Assembly (NCBI RefSeq): GCF_058153355.1
Contig: NZ_CM177019.1
Length of the DNA stretch: 64,000 nt
Reading direction: 5' to 3' (one strand)
Shown here: positions 1 to 10,046 of the stretch, in pieces
Layout: each line of letters begins with the position of its first letter
Numbering within the stretch: position 1 is the first letter of the stretch
The notes under the pieces: generated by a model
The model's input: only the letters and a program-made list of their open reading frames with translations
The model's database searches: none
What the model was told of the DNA's origin: nothing
Translations under genes and position numbers: made by a program

Positions 1-2383
1 GGATAATGCCGCCGATGGCATTTTTTTCCCCGCCCTTGAGCAAAATATGATGGGCGCGGTGTTAATTAACGAAAATGATGAAGTGATGTTTTTCAACCCC
101 GCCGCAGAGAAGCTCTGGGGATACAAACGTGAAGAAGTCATTGGCAATAACATTGATATGCTGATTCCGCGGGATTTGCGTCCTGCGCATCCTGAATATA
201 TCCGTCACAACCGTGAAGGCGGTAAAGCGCGCGTCGAGGGGATGAGTCGGGAGCTGCAGCTGGAGAAAAAAGACGGCAGTAAAATCTGGACCCGTTTTGC
301 GCTATCGAAAGTGAGCGCCGAGGGTAAAATTTATTACCTGGCGCTGGTACGGGATGCCAGCGTAGAAATGGCGCAAAAAGAACAGACCCGACAATTGATT
401 ATTGCCGTTGACCATCTCGACCGACCGGTGATTGTCCTCGATCCGGAACGCCATATTGTGCAGTGCAATCGCGCATTTACCGAAATGTTTGGTTACTGCA
501 TTAGCGAAGCCAGCGGTATGCAGCCCGATACACTCCTGAACATTCCAGAATTCCCTGCTGATAACCGCATTCGTTTACAACAGTTGCTATGGAAAACCGC
601 CCGCGATCAGGACGAATTTCTGCTGTTGACGCGCACCGGTGAAAAAATCTGGATTAAAGCCTCTATCAGCCCGGTCTATGATGTGCTCGCGCATCTGCAG
701 AACCTGGTAATGACTTTCTCGGATATCACCGAAGAACGGCAAATCCGCCAGCTTGAAGGCAATATTCTCGCCGCCATGTGCAGCAGCCCGCCATTTCATG
801 AAATGGGGGAAATCATTTGTCGTAACATCGAATCTGTTCTCAACGAATCGCATGTTTCGCTGTTCGCGCTGCGCAACGGGATGCCGATACACTGGGCGTC
901 ATCTTCGCACGGTACAGAAGTTCAAAATGCGCAAAGCTGGTCAGCGACCATTCGTCAGCGTGATGGCGCACCGGCGGGGATCCTGCAAATTAAAACCTCG
1001 TCAGGAGCAGAAACCAGCGCCTTTATCGAACGCGTGGCAGATATCAGCCAGCATATGGCCGCGCTGGCGCTGGAACAGGAAAAAAGCCGTCAGCATATTG
1101 AACAACTCATCCAATTTGATCCGATGACCGGTCTGCCAAATCGCAATAACCTGCACAATTACCTCGATGACCTGGTCGACAAAGCCGTCTCTCCGGTGGT
1201 CTATCTCATCGGTGTTGACCATATTCAGGATGTGATTGATAGCCTTGGATATGCGTGGGCCGATCAGGCATTGCTGGAAGTGGTCAATCGCTTTCGTGAA
1301 AAACTCAAACCGGATCAGTATCTCTGTCGTATCGAAGGTACGCAGTTTGTCCTCGTGAGCCTGGAAAACGACGTCAGTAACATTACCCAAATCGCCGATG
1401 AGCTACGGAATGTGGTCAGCAAGCCGATAATGATTGACGATAAACCATTCCCGCTCACCTTGAGCATTGGCATCAGCTACGACGTGGGTAAAAACCGCGA
1501 TTACCTGCTCTCCACTGCTCACAATGCAATGGATTTTATTCGCAAAAATGGCGGTAACGGCTGGCAGTTCTTCAGCCCGGTGATGAACGAAATGGTGAAA
1601 GAACGATTGATATTAGGCGCAGCGCTGAAAGAAGCGATTAGCAATAACCAACTGAAACTGGTTTACCAACCGCAAATCTTCGCAGAAACGGGTGAACTGT
1701 ATGGTATCGAAGCCCTTGCTCGCTGGCACGATCCTCTGCATGGTCATGTGCCCCCTTCACGGTTTATTCCTCTCGCAGAAGAGATTGGCGAAATCGAAAA
1801 TATTGGGCGCTGGGTCATCGCGGAAGCTTGCCGTCAGTTAGCAGAATGGCGTAGCCAGAATATTCATATTCCAGCGTTATCCGTTAACTTGTCTGCGCTG
1901 CACTTCCGCAGTAATCAGCTGCCTAATCAGGTGTCTGATGCAATGCAAGTCTGGGGCATTGACGGCCACCAGCTAACGGTGGAAATCACCGAAAGCATGA
2001 TGATGGAACACGATACGGAAATTTTTAAGCGCATCCAGATCCTGCGCGATATGGGCGTGGGTTTATCGGTAGATGATTTTGGCACGGGCTTTTCCGGATT
2101 ATCCCGCTTAGTCAGTCTTCCGGTAACGGAAATCAAAATTGACAAAAGTTTTGTTGATCGTTGTCTGACGGAAAAACGCATCCTTGCCTTACTTGAAGCC
2201 ATTACCAGCATTGGGCAAAGCCTCAATTTAACCGTCGTGGCGGAAGGCGTCGAAACCAAAGAGCAATTTGAGATGCTACGTAAGATCCACTGTCGCGTTA
2301 TTCAGGGATATTTCTTTTCCCGGCCCCTTCCCGCCGAAGAAATTCCAGGCTGGATGAGCAGCGTGTTACCGCTGAAAATCTGA
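1..2383 (+). CDS. dosP: Oxygen-sensing c-di-GMP phosphodiesterase DosP (heme-PAS / GGDEF-like / EAL), 5' end outside window
   Basis: Frame is open from position 2 (..NAADGIFFPALEQNMMGAVLINENDEV..); EAL motif (GIEALARW) and PAS region present; stop at 2381-2383; synteny with ddp operon. Confidence 0.9.
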   Translation, partial: DNAADGIFFPALEQNMMGAVLINENDEVMFFNPAAEKLWGYKREEVIGNNIDMLIPRDLRPAHPEYIRHNREGGKARVEGMSRELQLEKKDGSKIWTRFALSKVSAEGKIYYLALVRDASVEMAQKEQTRQLIIAVDHLDRPVIVLDPERHIVQCNRAFTEMFGYCISEASGMQPDTLLNIPEFPADNRIRLQQLLWKTARDQDEFLLLTRTGEKIWIKASISPVYDVLAHLQNLVMTFSDITEERQIRQLEGNILAAMCSSPPFHEMGEIICRNIESVLNESHVSLFALRNGMPIHWASSSHGTEVQNAQSWSATIRQRDGAPAGILQIKTSSGAETSAFIERVADISQHMAALALEQEKSRQHIEQLIQFDPMTGLPNRNNLHNYLDDLVDKAVSPVVYLIGVDHIQDVIDSLGYAWADQALLEVVNRFREKLKPDQYLCRIEGTQFVLVSLENDVSNITQIADELRNVVSKPIMIDDKPFPLTLSIGISYDVGKNRDYLLSTAHNAMDFIRKNGGNGWQFFSPVMNEMVKERLILGAALKEAISNNQLKLVYQPQIFAETGELYGIEALARWHDPLHGHVPPSRFIPLAEEIGEIENIGRWVIAEACRQLAEWRSQNIHIPALSVNLSALHFRSNQLPNQVSDAMQVWGIDGHQLTVEITESMMMEHDTEIFKRIQILRDMGVGLSVDDFGTGFSGLSRLVSLPVTEIKIDKSFVDRCLTEKRILALLEAITSIGQSLNLTVVAEGVETKEQFEMLRKIHCRVIQGYFFSRPLPAEEIPGWMSSVLPLKI

Positions 2384-2394
2384 CAAATTCCTCT

Positions 2395-2414
2395 CGCCCG
2401 CACTCGCGGGTTTT
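2395..2414 (+). terminator. Candidate intrinsic terminator after dosP (short GC stem cccgc/gcggg followed by TTTT)
   Basis: Stem-loop plus T-run read directly 12 nt after dosP stop. Confidence 0.4.
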
Positions 2415-2640
2415 CATTTAACGTGACACTGTCACTTAAATACTGTGATTTCAGCTACGATTCCGGGAGATTCCTTCCTTAACTTCCCCTCTTGCACCAA
2501 AACTGCACTACGCTGCACAAATGTTGATCAAAAGTTAAAAAATATAACTTTAAGCCAGCATTCTGGCGCTTATCCCGGCATGGCATGAGATCTGCATAAG
2601 CGGAAAGCGCAGCAATTTTTGTCTTATACAGGAACCGTTT

Positions 2641-3222
2641 ATGTCGGATACCACCGAACTGGTTGATTTAGCCGTGATCTTCCCTGATCTGGAGATCGAA
2701 TTGAAATACGCCTGCGCTGATAACATCACAGGTAAAGCTATTTATCAGCAAGCGCGTTGTCTGTTACACAAGGATGCGATTACCGCGCTGGCGAAAAGTA
2801 TCAGTATCGCCCAGCTGTCAGGCTTACAACTGGTGATTTACGATGCGTATCGCCCACAACAAGCACAGGCGATGTTGTGGCAAACCTGCCCAGACCCGCA
2901 ATATGTTGTTGATGTGACGGTCGGTTCTAATCACAGCCGTGGCACCGCGATCGACCTGACGCTTCGTGATGAGCACGGGAACATCCTCGATATGGGCGCA
3001 GAGTTCGATGAAATGCACGAACGTTCCCATGCTTACCATCCTTCCGTCCCGCCCGCCGCTCAGCGCAATCGCCTGTTGCTGAATGCGATTATGACTGGCG
3101 GTGGCTTTGTCGGTATCCCGAGCGAATGGTGGCACTTCGAATTACCCCAGGCAGCGAGTTACCCACTACTCGCTGATCAATTCACCTGTTTTATATCCCC
3201 TGGCACACAGCACGCCAGTTAA
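2641..3222 (+). CDS. ddpX: D-Ala-D-Ala dipeptidase (VanX-like)
   Basis: 193-aa ORF; first gene of the ddpXABCDF cluster; conserved operon order. Confidence 0.9.
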   Translation: MSDTTELVDLAVIFPDLEIELKYACADNITGKAIYQQARCLLHKDAITALAKSISIAQLSGLQLVIYDAYRPQQAQAMLWQTCPDPQYVVDVTVGSNHSRGTAIDLTLRDEHGNILDMGAEFDEMHERSHAYHPSVPPAAQRNRLLLNAIMTGGGFVGIPSEWWHFELPQAASYPLLADQFTCFISPGTQHAS

Positions 3223-3235
3223 TCAGGAAACTGTC

Positions 3236-4786
3236 ATGAAGAGATCGATTTCGTTTCGTCCTACATTGCTCGCGATCGTCCTTGCCACAACAATGCCGGT
3301 TGCGCACGCCGCCGTACCGAAAGATATGCTGGTGATCGGTAAAGCTGCCGACCCACAAACCCTCGACCCGGCGGTGACAATTGATAATAACGACTGGACA
3401 GTGACCTACCCGTCTTATCAGCGACTGGTTCAGTACAAAACGGACGGTGATAAAGGCTCAACAGACGTTGAAGGCGATCTGGCGAGTAGCTGGAAAGCGT
3501 CTGACGATCAAAAAGAGTGGACGTTCACCCTGAAGGACAATGCTAAATTTGCCGATGGCACACCCGTCACTGCCGAAGCTGTAAAACTCTCTTTTGAGCG
3601 GTTACTAAAAATCGGTCAGGGGCCAGCAGAAGCATTTCCCAACGATTTAAAGATTGATGCTCCCGACGAACATACGGTGAGGTTTACCCTTAGCCAGCCA
3701 TTCGCACCGTTCCTCTACACGCTGGCGAATGACGGTGCATCCATTATCAATCCGGCGGTCTTAAAAGAACATGCGGCCGATGATGCCCGTGGTTTCCTCG
3801 CGCAAAATACCGCTGGCTCCGGACCGTTTATGCTGAAAAGCTGGCAAAAAGGTCAGCAATTAGTTCTGGTGCCAAATCCGCATTACCCCGGCAATAAACC
3901 GAACTTCAAACGGGTATCGGTAAAAATTATCGGTGAAAGTGCCTCCCGTCGCCTGCAGCTCTCCCGTGGCGACATTGACATTGCCGATGCGCTGCCGGTG
4001 GATCAACTCAACGCCCTGAAGCAGGAAAACAAAGTCAACGTGGCAGAGTATCCGTCACTGCGCGTCACCTATCTGTATCTCAATAACAGCAAAGCGCCAC
4101 TTAATCAGGCGGATCTGCGTCGGGCCATTTCCTGGTCTACCGATTATCAGGGTATGGTTAACGGCATTCTGAGTGGTAACGGAAAACAAATGCGCGGCCC
4201 GATTCCGGAAGGCATGTGGGGATACGATGCGACGGCAATGCAATACAACCATGACGAAACGAAAGCCAAAGCCGAATGGGATAAAGTGACGAGCAAACCC
4301 ACCAGCCTGACGTTTCTCTACTCCGATAACGACCCGAACTGGGAACCTATTGCTCTGGCAACACAATCCAGCCTCAACAAGCTGGGCATCAATGTGAAGC
4401 TGGAAAAGCTGGCGAACGCCACCATGCGCGACAGAGTGGGTAAAGGTGATTACGACATCGCGATTGGCAACTGGAGTCCGGATTTTGCCGACCCGTATAT
4501 GTTTATGAATTACTGGTTTGAGTCCGACAAAAAAGGTCTGCCGGGTAACCGCTCGTTCTATGAAAACAGTGAGGTCGATAAGCTACTGGGCAATGCGCTA
4601 GCGACCACCGACCAGACGCAGCGTACCCGGGACTACCAGCAGGCACAGAAAATCGTCATTGATGACGCTGCTTATGTGTACCTGTTCCAGAAAAACTACC
4701 AACTGGCGATGAACAAAGAGGTGAAAGGCTTTGTGTTCAATCCCATGCTGGAACAGGTCTTCAATATCAATACCATGAGTAAATAA
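3236..4786 (+). CDS. ddpA: Periplasmic dipeptide-binding protein of ABC transporter
   Basis: ATG at 3236 gives 516 aa with N-terminal signal peptide (MKRSISFRPTLLAIVLATTMPVAHA); the track ORF from 3101 overlaps ddpX and is an upstream extension. Confidence 0.9.
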   Translation: MKRSISFRPTLLAIVLATTMPVAHAAVPKDMLVIGKAADPQTLDPAVTIDNNDWTVTYPSYQRLVQYKTDGDKGSTDVEGDLASSWKASDDQKEWTFTLKDNAKFADGTPVTAEAVKLSFERLLKIGQGPAEAFPNDLKIDAPDEHTVRFTLSQPFAPFLYTLANDGASIINPAVLKEHAADDARGFLAQNTAGSGPFMLKSWQKGQQLVLVPNPHYPGNKPNFKRVSVKIIGESASRRLQLSRGDIDIADALPVDQLNALKQENKVNVAEYPSLRVTYLYLNNSKAPLNQADLRRAISWSTDYQGMVNGILSGNGKQMRGPIPEGMWGYDATAMQYNHDETKAKAEWDKVTSKPTSLTFLYSDNDPNWEPIALATQSSLNKLGINVKLEKLANATMRDRVGKGDYDIAIGNWSPDFADPYMFMNYWFESDKKGLPGNRSFYENSEVDKLLGNALATTDQTQRTRDYQQAQKIVIDDAAYVYLFQKNYQLAMNKEVKGFVFNPMLEQVFNINTMSK

Positions 4787-4787
4787 C

Positions 4788-5810
4788 GTGACCTTCTGGA
4801 GTATTTTACGCCAACGCTGCTGGGGGCTGGTGCTCGTGGTGGCGGGCGTCTGTGTGATTACGTTTATTATCTCGCACCTGATCCCCGGCGACCCGGCGCG
4901 GTTACTGGCGGGTGACCGCGCCAGCGATGCTATCGTGGATAATATTCGCCAGCAACTGGGACTGGACCAGCCACTGTACGTACAGTTTTACCGCTACGTC
5001 AGCGACCTGTTTCAGGGTGACCTGGGAACATCCATTCGTACCGGGCGTCCGGTGCTGGAAGAGTTGCGCATATTTTTCCCGGCGACGCTGGAACTGGCAT
5101 TTTGCGCTCTGCTGCTGGCACTCCTGGTTGGTATCCCGCTGGGCATACTCTCTGCAGTCTGGCGAAATCGCTGGCTGGATCATCTGGTGCGAATAATGGC
5201 CATTACTGGAATCTCCACACCTGCGTTCTGGCTTGGGCTGGGCGTCATTGTGCTGTTTTATGGTCATCTGCAAATTCTTCCCGGCGGCGGAAGGCTTGAT
5301 GACTGGCTGGATCCACCAACGCACGTTACCGGCTTTTATCTGCTCGATGCGCTGCTTGAAGGCAACGGTGAAGTCTTCCTCAATGCGCTGCAACATCTCA
5401 TCTTACCGGCATTAACGCTGGCGTTCGTTCACCTGGGGATTGTCGCTCGCCAGATCCGCTCAGCTATGCTGGAACAATTGAGTGAAGACTACATTCGTAC
5501 CGCCCGGGCCAGCGGCTTGCCCGGCTGGTATATCGTTTTATGTTATGCGCTACCCAATGCGTTGATCCCCTCGATTACCGTATTGGGGCTGGCGCTGGGC
5601 GATTTGTTGTATGGCGCAGTGCTCACCGAAACCGTTTTTGCCTGGCCCGGAATGGGTGCATGGGTAGTAACATCAATACAAGCGCTCGACTTCCCGGCAG
5701 TGATGGGCTTTGCCGTCGTGGTTTCATTTGCTTATGTGCTGGTCAACCTGGTGGTGGATTTGCTCTATTTGTGGATTGATCCGCGTATCGGACGTGGAGG
5801 TGATGAATGA
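4788..5810 (+). CDS. ddpB: ABC transporter permease
   Basis: 340-aa polytopic membrane ORF, start 2 nt after ddpA stop. Confidence 0.9.
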   Translation: MTFWSILRQRCWGLVLVVAGVCVITFIISHLIPGDPARLLAGDRASDAIVDNIRQQLGLDQPLYVQFYRYVSDLFQGDLGTSIRTGRPVLEELRIFFPATLELAFCALLLALLVGIPLGILSAVWRNRWLDHLVRIMAITGISTPAFWLGLGVIVLFYGHLQILPGGGRLDDWLDPPTHVTGFYLLDALLEGNGEVFLNALQHLILPALTLAFVHLGIVARQIRSAMLEQLSEDYIRTARASGLPGWYIVLCYALPNALIPSITVLGLALGDLLYGAVLTETVFAWPGMGAWVVTSIQALDFPAVMGFAVVVSFAYVLVNLVVDLLYLWIDPRIGRGGDE

Positions 5811-6703
5811 TGCTAAGCGAGGAAACGTCCGTCGTACGCCCACCAAAACAAACGCTATTTAACGGTGCAAAACTGGTATGGATGCTGAAAGGCAGTCCGC
5901 TCACCGTGACCGGCGCAGTCATCATTGTATTAATGCTACTGATGATGATTTTTTCACCGTGGCTGGCGACGCATGATCCCAACGCCATTGATTTAACTGC
6001 CCGCCTTTTGCCGCCTTCTGCGGCGCACTGGTTTGGCACCGATGAAGTGGGACGCGATCTGTTTAGCCGCGTACTGGTCGGCAGTCAGCAATCAATTCTC
6101 GCCGGATTAGTGGTGGTCGCCATTGCGGGTATGATGGGTTCGCTACTCGGGTGTCTATCCGGTGTGCTTGGCGGACGCGCAGACGCGATCATCATGCGCA
6201 TCATGGACATTATGCTGTCGATTCCTTCGCTGGTGCTGACAATGGCGCTGGCTGCCGCACTTGGACCGAGTTTGTTTAACGCCATGCTGGCGATTGCTAT
6301 CGTGCGAATCCCGTTTTATGTGCGCCTGGCGCGGGGGCAAACATTAGTTGTCCGCCAGTACACTTTCGTTCAGGCGGCGAAAACCTTCGGTGCGTCACGC
6401 TGGCATCTGATCAACTGGCATATTTTACGTAACTCCCTGCCGCCGCTGATTGTGCAGGCATCGCTGGATATTGGTAGCGCGATTTTAATGGCCGCCACGT
6501 TGGGATTTATTGGCCTGGGTGCTCAACAACCGAGTGCTGAATGGGGGGCGATGGTGGCGAATGGTCGCAACTATGTGCTCGATCAATGGTGGTATTGCGC
6601 ATTTCCGGGGGCAGCGATTTTGCTTACCGCCGTCGGGTTCAATCTCTTTGGTGATGGTATTCGCGATCTGCTTGACCCGAAAGCAGGAGGAAAGCAGTCA
6701 TGA
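5807..6703 (+). CDS. ddpC: ABC transporter permease
   Basis: 298-aa membrane ORF, 4-nt overlap with ddpB. Confidence 0.9.
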   Translation: MMLSEETSVVRPPKQTLFNGAKLVWMLKGSPLTVTGAVIIVLMLLMMIFSPWLATHDPNAIDLTARLLPPSAAHWFGTDEVGRDLFSRVLVGSQQSILAGLVVVAIAGMMGSLLGCLSGVLGGRADAIIMRIMDIMLSIPSLVLTMALAAALGPSLFNAMLAIAIVRIPFYVRLARGQTLVVRQYTFVQAAKTFGASRWHLINWHILRNSLPPLIVQASLDIGSAILMAATLGFIGLGAQQPSAEWGAMVANGRNYVLDQWWYCAFPGAAILLTAVGFNLFGDGIRDLLDPKAGGKQS

Positions 6704-7686
6704 CCCAACCCGTTCTGGACATTCAACAGCTGCATTTGAGTTTCTCCGGTTTTAACGGCGACGTTCACGCGCTCAACAATGTGTCATTGAAAATCAACCG
6801 CGGTGAAATTGTCGGTCTGGTGGGAGAATCCGGCTCGGGTAAATCAGTCACTGCAATGTTGATTATGCGTCTGTTACCGACGGGCAGTTATTGCGTACAT
6901 CGGGGACATATTTCACTGCTGGGAGAAGATGCTCTTAACGCTCGGGAAAAACAGCTTCGTCAGTGGCGCGGCACACGAGTGGCGATGATCTTTCAGGAAC
7001 CGATGACCGCCCTAAATCCGACACGTCGAATAGGTCTTCAGATGATGGAGGTGATCCGCCATCATCAACCAATAAGTCGTCGGGAAGCCAGAGCTAAAGC
7101 GATTGCCCTGCTGGAAGAGATGCAAATCCCGGATGCCGTGGAAGTTATGTCGCGCTATCCGTTTGAGCTTTCAGGTGGTATGCGCCAGCGGGTAATGATT
7201 GCGCTGGCATTCTCCTGCGAGCCGCAATTGATTATTGCCGACGAACCGACTACGGCGCTGGACGTCACGGTACAGTTGCAGGTACTGCGTCTGCTTAAAC
7301 ATAAAGCCCGCGCCAGTGGAACTGCGGTACTGTTCATCAGCCATGATATGGCCGTGGTGTCGCAACTGTGCGATAGCGTTTACGTGATGTATGCCGGAAG
7401 CGTGATCGAGAGCGGTATGACGGCAGACGTTATCCATCATCCCCGGCATCCGTATACCATTGGTTTGCTGCAATGCGCACCGGAACATGGAATACCACGC
7501 CAGCCATTACCCGCCATTCCAGGGACGGTACCAAACCTCACCCATTTGCCTGATGGCTGCGCTTTTCGCGATCGTTGCTATGCGGCAGGTACACAGTGTG
7601 AAAACGTCCCGGCGCTGACAGCGTGTGGTGACAACAACCACCGCTGCGCCTGTTGGTATCCTCAGCGGGAGGTCATTAGTGTCTGA
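6700..7686 (+). CDS. ddpD: ABC transporter ATP-binding protein
   Basis: 328 aa; Walker A GESGSGKS; LSGG signature; C-terminal oligopeptide-type extension. Confidence 0.9.
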   Translation: MTQPVLDIQQLHLSFSGFNGDVHALNNVSLKINRGEIVGLVGESGSGKSVTAMLIMRLLPTGSYCVHRGHISLLGEDALNAREKQLRQWRGTRVAMIFQEPMTALNPTRRIGLQMMEVIRHHQPISRREARAKAIALLEEMQIPDAVEVMSRYPFELSGGMRQRVMIALAFSCEPQLIIADEPTTALDVTVQLQVLRLLKHKARASGTAVLFISHDMAVVSQLCDSVYVMYAGSVIESGMTADVIHHPRHPYTIGLLQCAPEHGIPRQPLPAIPGTVPNLTHLPDGCAFRDRCYAAGTQCENVPALTACGDNNHRCACWYPQREVISV

Positions 7687-8605
7687 CACGTTATTAACGT
7701 TACGCGACGTCCATATCAATTTCCCGGCCCGAAAAAACTGGCTTGGTAAAACTACGGAACATGTTCATGCCATCAATGGTATTGATTTACAGATCCGTCG
7801 TGGTGAAACCTTAGGGATCGTCGGTGAGTCAGGCTGCGGCAAAAGCACCCTCGCACAGCTTTTAATGGGTATGCTGCAACCGAGCCACGGGCAGTACATC
7901 CGTTCAGGATCACAACGCATTATGCAGATGGTGTTTCAGGACCCGCTCTCTTCGCTTAATCCGCGCTTACCGGTGTGGCGCATCATCACGGAACCGCTCT
8001 GGATTGCTAAGCGTAGTAGTGAACAACAGCGGCGAGCGTTGGCAGAGGAGCTGGCTGTGCAGGTGGGTATTCGTCCGGAGTATCTCGACCGCTTGCCTCA
8101 TGCGTTCTCAGGCGGGCAGCGGCAACGTATCGCCATTGCCAGAGCACTCTCTTCGCAGCCTGACGTGATTGTGCTTGATGAACCCACCTCGGCGCTGGAT
8201 ATCTCCGTGCAGGCGCAGATCCTCAATTTACTGGTAACGCTACAGGAAAATCGCGAGCTGACTTATGTGCTGATTTCACACAATGTCTCGGTGATACGTC
8301 ATATGAGCGATCGGGTGGCGGTGATGTATCTCGGACAGATTGTGGAACTAGGAGACGCGCAACAGGTGCTGACAGCTCCGGCACATCCATACACCCGATT
8401 ATTGCTGGATTCCCTCCCCGCCATTGATAAACCGCTGGAGGAAGAATGGGCATTGCGTAAAACGGAACTACCAGGAAACCGCACGCTGCCGCCGGGCTGT
8501 TTTTTCCGCGAACGTTGCCCCCTGGCAACCAGCGGATGTGAAGTTCGGCAATCATTCACGACGCGGGAGGACGGACGTGAGATCAGGTGCTGGCGGGCGC
8601 TGTAG
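7679..8605 (+). CDS. ddpF: ABC transporter ATP-binding protein
   Basis: GTG start at 7679 overlapping ddpD stop gives 308 aa; Walker A GESGCGKST; LSGGQRQR signature. Confidence 0.85.
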   Translation: MSDTLLTLRDVHINFPARKNWLGKTTEHVHAINGIDLQIRRGETLGIVGESGCGKSTLAQLLMGMLQPSHGQYIRSGSQRIMQMVFQDPLSSLNPRLPVWRIITEPLWIAKRSSEQQRRALAEELAVQVGIRPEYLDRLPHAFSGGQRQRIAIARALSSQPDVIVLDEPTSALDISVQAQILNLLVTLQENRELTYVLISHNVSVIRHMSDRVAVMYLGQIVELGDAQQVLTAPAHPYTRLLLDSLPAIDKPLEEEWALRKTELPGNRTLPPGCFFRERCPLATSGCEVRQSFTTREDGREIRCWRAL

Positions 8606-8617
8606 AGACGCTAACAA

Positions 8618-8656
8618 CGCATCAGGCAATCACGCGCCTGACGCGTCATCCGGCAA
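8618..8656. repeat. REP-like extragenic palindrome between convergent ddpF and osmC
   Basis: Contains GCCGGATG and CCTGATGCG hallmark motifs on the reverse strand and a perfect palindrome tgacgcgtca. Confidence 0.4.
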
Positions 8657-8660
8657 CGCT

Positions 8661-9092
8661 TTACGATTTCAACTGGTAATCCAGCGTAATTTCCGCTTTC
8701 AGTACCTGAGAAACCGGGCATCCTGCTTTTGCTTTCTGGATAATGCCGTCAAAGGTAGAGGCATCAATACCCGGCACGGCAACTTCGCTCTTCAGGGCGA
8801 TTTTAGTAATCGCAAACCCGGCATCCACTTTATCCAGCGACACATCGGCGGTGGTATCAATCGATGTGGGCGTGAATCCTGCTTCCCCCAGCATTAATGA
8901 AAGCGCCATTGAGAAACATGCTGCATGCGCCGCGCCAATCAGTTCTTCAGGGTTAGTTCCTTTTTCGCCTTCAAAACGCGTATTAAATCCATACGGCTGT
9001 TGGTTCAGCACGCCGCTTTCGGTGGATACGGTTCCCTTCCCGCGTTTGATATCGCCTTCCCAGTGTGCCTGACCTTTCTTATGGATTGTCAT
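8661..9092 (-). CDS. osmC: Osmotically inducible peroxiredoxin OsmC
   Basis: 143-aa ORF, OsmC/Ohr fold; conserved position opposite bdm. Confidence 0.9.
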   Translation of the reverse strand: MTIHKKGQAHWEGDIKRGKGTVSTESGVLNQQPYGFNTRFEGEKGTNPEELIGAAHAACFSMALSLMLGEAGFTPTSIDTTADVSLDKVDAGFAITKIALKSEVAVPGIDASTFDGIIQKAKAGCPVSQVLKAEITLDYQLKS

Positions 9093-9435
9093 TGTTGCTC
9101 TCCTGTGGGCTTAAAAAGGAAATTATAGACTACGTGAGAAACAGCATGAGGATAAGCGGGATATTCCGAATAGAATCCGGCGAAAATATTATCTATGTAC
9201 TTAAATAAAACTCCCACAATAGATAACCGGGAATATATAACTCAAGAGATATTGCATCAATATCAATCAACTCACACCAATAATATTCCCATTAATATCA
9301 TGGAGTTAAAATATAATAATCATCAACCAGGACTAATCTTAACAACGAAGCGGCAAATATTTGCCATGCTGAATGTGCTTTATAAATCTGCGATCCGTAG
9401 CAGACACCATAAATACACAGACACGGAGAATCACT

Positions 9436-9651
9436 ATGTTTACTTATTATCAGGCAGAAAATTCAACAGCAGAACCCGCTCTGGTTAATGCCATTGAGCA
9501 AGGCCTTCGGGCAGAGCACGGTGTTGTCACTGAAGATGACATTCTCATGGAGCTGACCAAATGGGTGGAAGCTTCTGATAACGACATCCTCAGTGATATC
9601 TACCAGCAAACGATCAATTATGTGGTCAGTGGCCAGCACCCTACGCTTTAA
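9436..9651 (+). CDS. bdm: Biofilm-dependent modulation protein Bdm
   Basis: 71-aa ORF MFTYYQAENSTAEPALVNAIEQGLRAEHG.. starting at internal ATG 9436 of the track ORF. Confidence 0.85.
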   Translation: MFTYYQAENSTAEPALVNAIEQGLRAEHGVVTEDDILMELTKWVEASDNDILSDIYQQTINYVVSGQHPTL

Positions 9652-9752
9652 GGTGCTATGCTTGATCGGCAACCTAATTTAGGGGTTTAGCACGTGTTTC
9701 TTCGCTACGGCGATGTTGTCCTTAAAACTAGCAACAGGATTGAGGAGTTAAA

Positions 9753-9890
9753 ATGAAATCGAACCGTCAGGCACGTCATATTCTTGGACTGGACCATAAA
9801 ATTTCTAACCAGCGCAAAATAGTTACCGAAGGTGATAAATCCAGCGTGGTAAATAACCCAACCGGCAGAAAACGCCCCGCTGAAAAGTAA
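9753..9890 (+). CDS. sra: Stationary-phase-induced ribosome-associated protein Sra (45 aa)
   Basis: Small [48 protein letters not shown], below the ORF-track length cutoff, found by reading the sequence. Confidence 0.85.
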
Positions 9891-9921
9891 TCTTTAACAA
9901 TCAGTCCTCAATGACGATTAA

Positions 9922-9955
9922 ACACCATTGCCTGCGCAATGGTGTTTTTGTTTTT
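9922..9955 (+). terminator. Intrinsic terminator after sra
   Basis: Stem acaccattg / caatggtgt with 6-nt loop followed by TTTTTGTTTTT. Confidence 0.7.
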
Positions 9956-10046
9956 AACTGCTTTATACTTGGAGCCGACCCCCTGGCGGTAAAGCAAAGA
10001 CGATAAAAGCACCCCAGGGATGGATATTCAAAAAAGAGTGAGTGAC

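Noticed and set aside
3101..3235. Upstream extension of ddpA overlapping ddpX
   Set aside because: The ATG at 3236 gives a protein starting with a typical signal peptide and the expected length; the extension would overlap ddpX by 120 bp.
9195..9488. 97-aa ORF in the osmC-bdm intergenic region
   Set aside because: AT-rich promoter region; the ORF overlaps the bdm start in another frame and has low-complexity composition.
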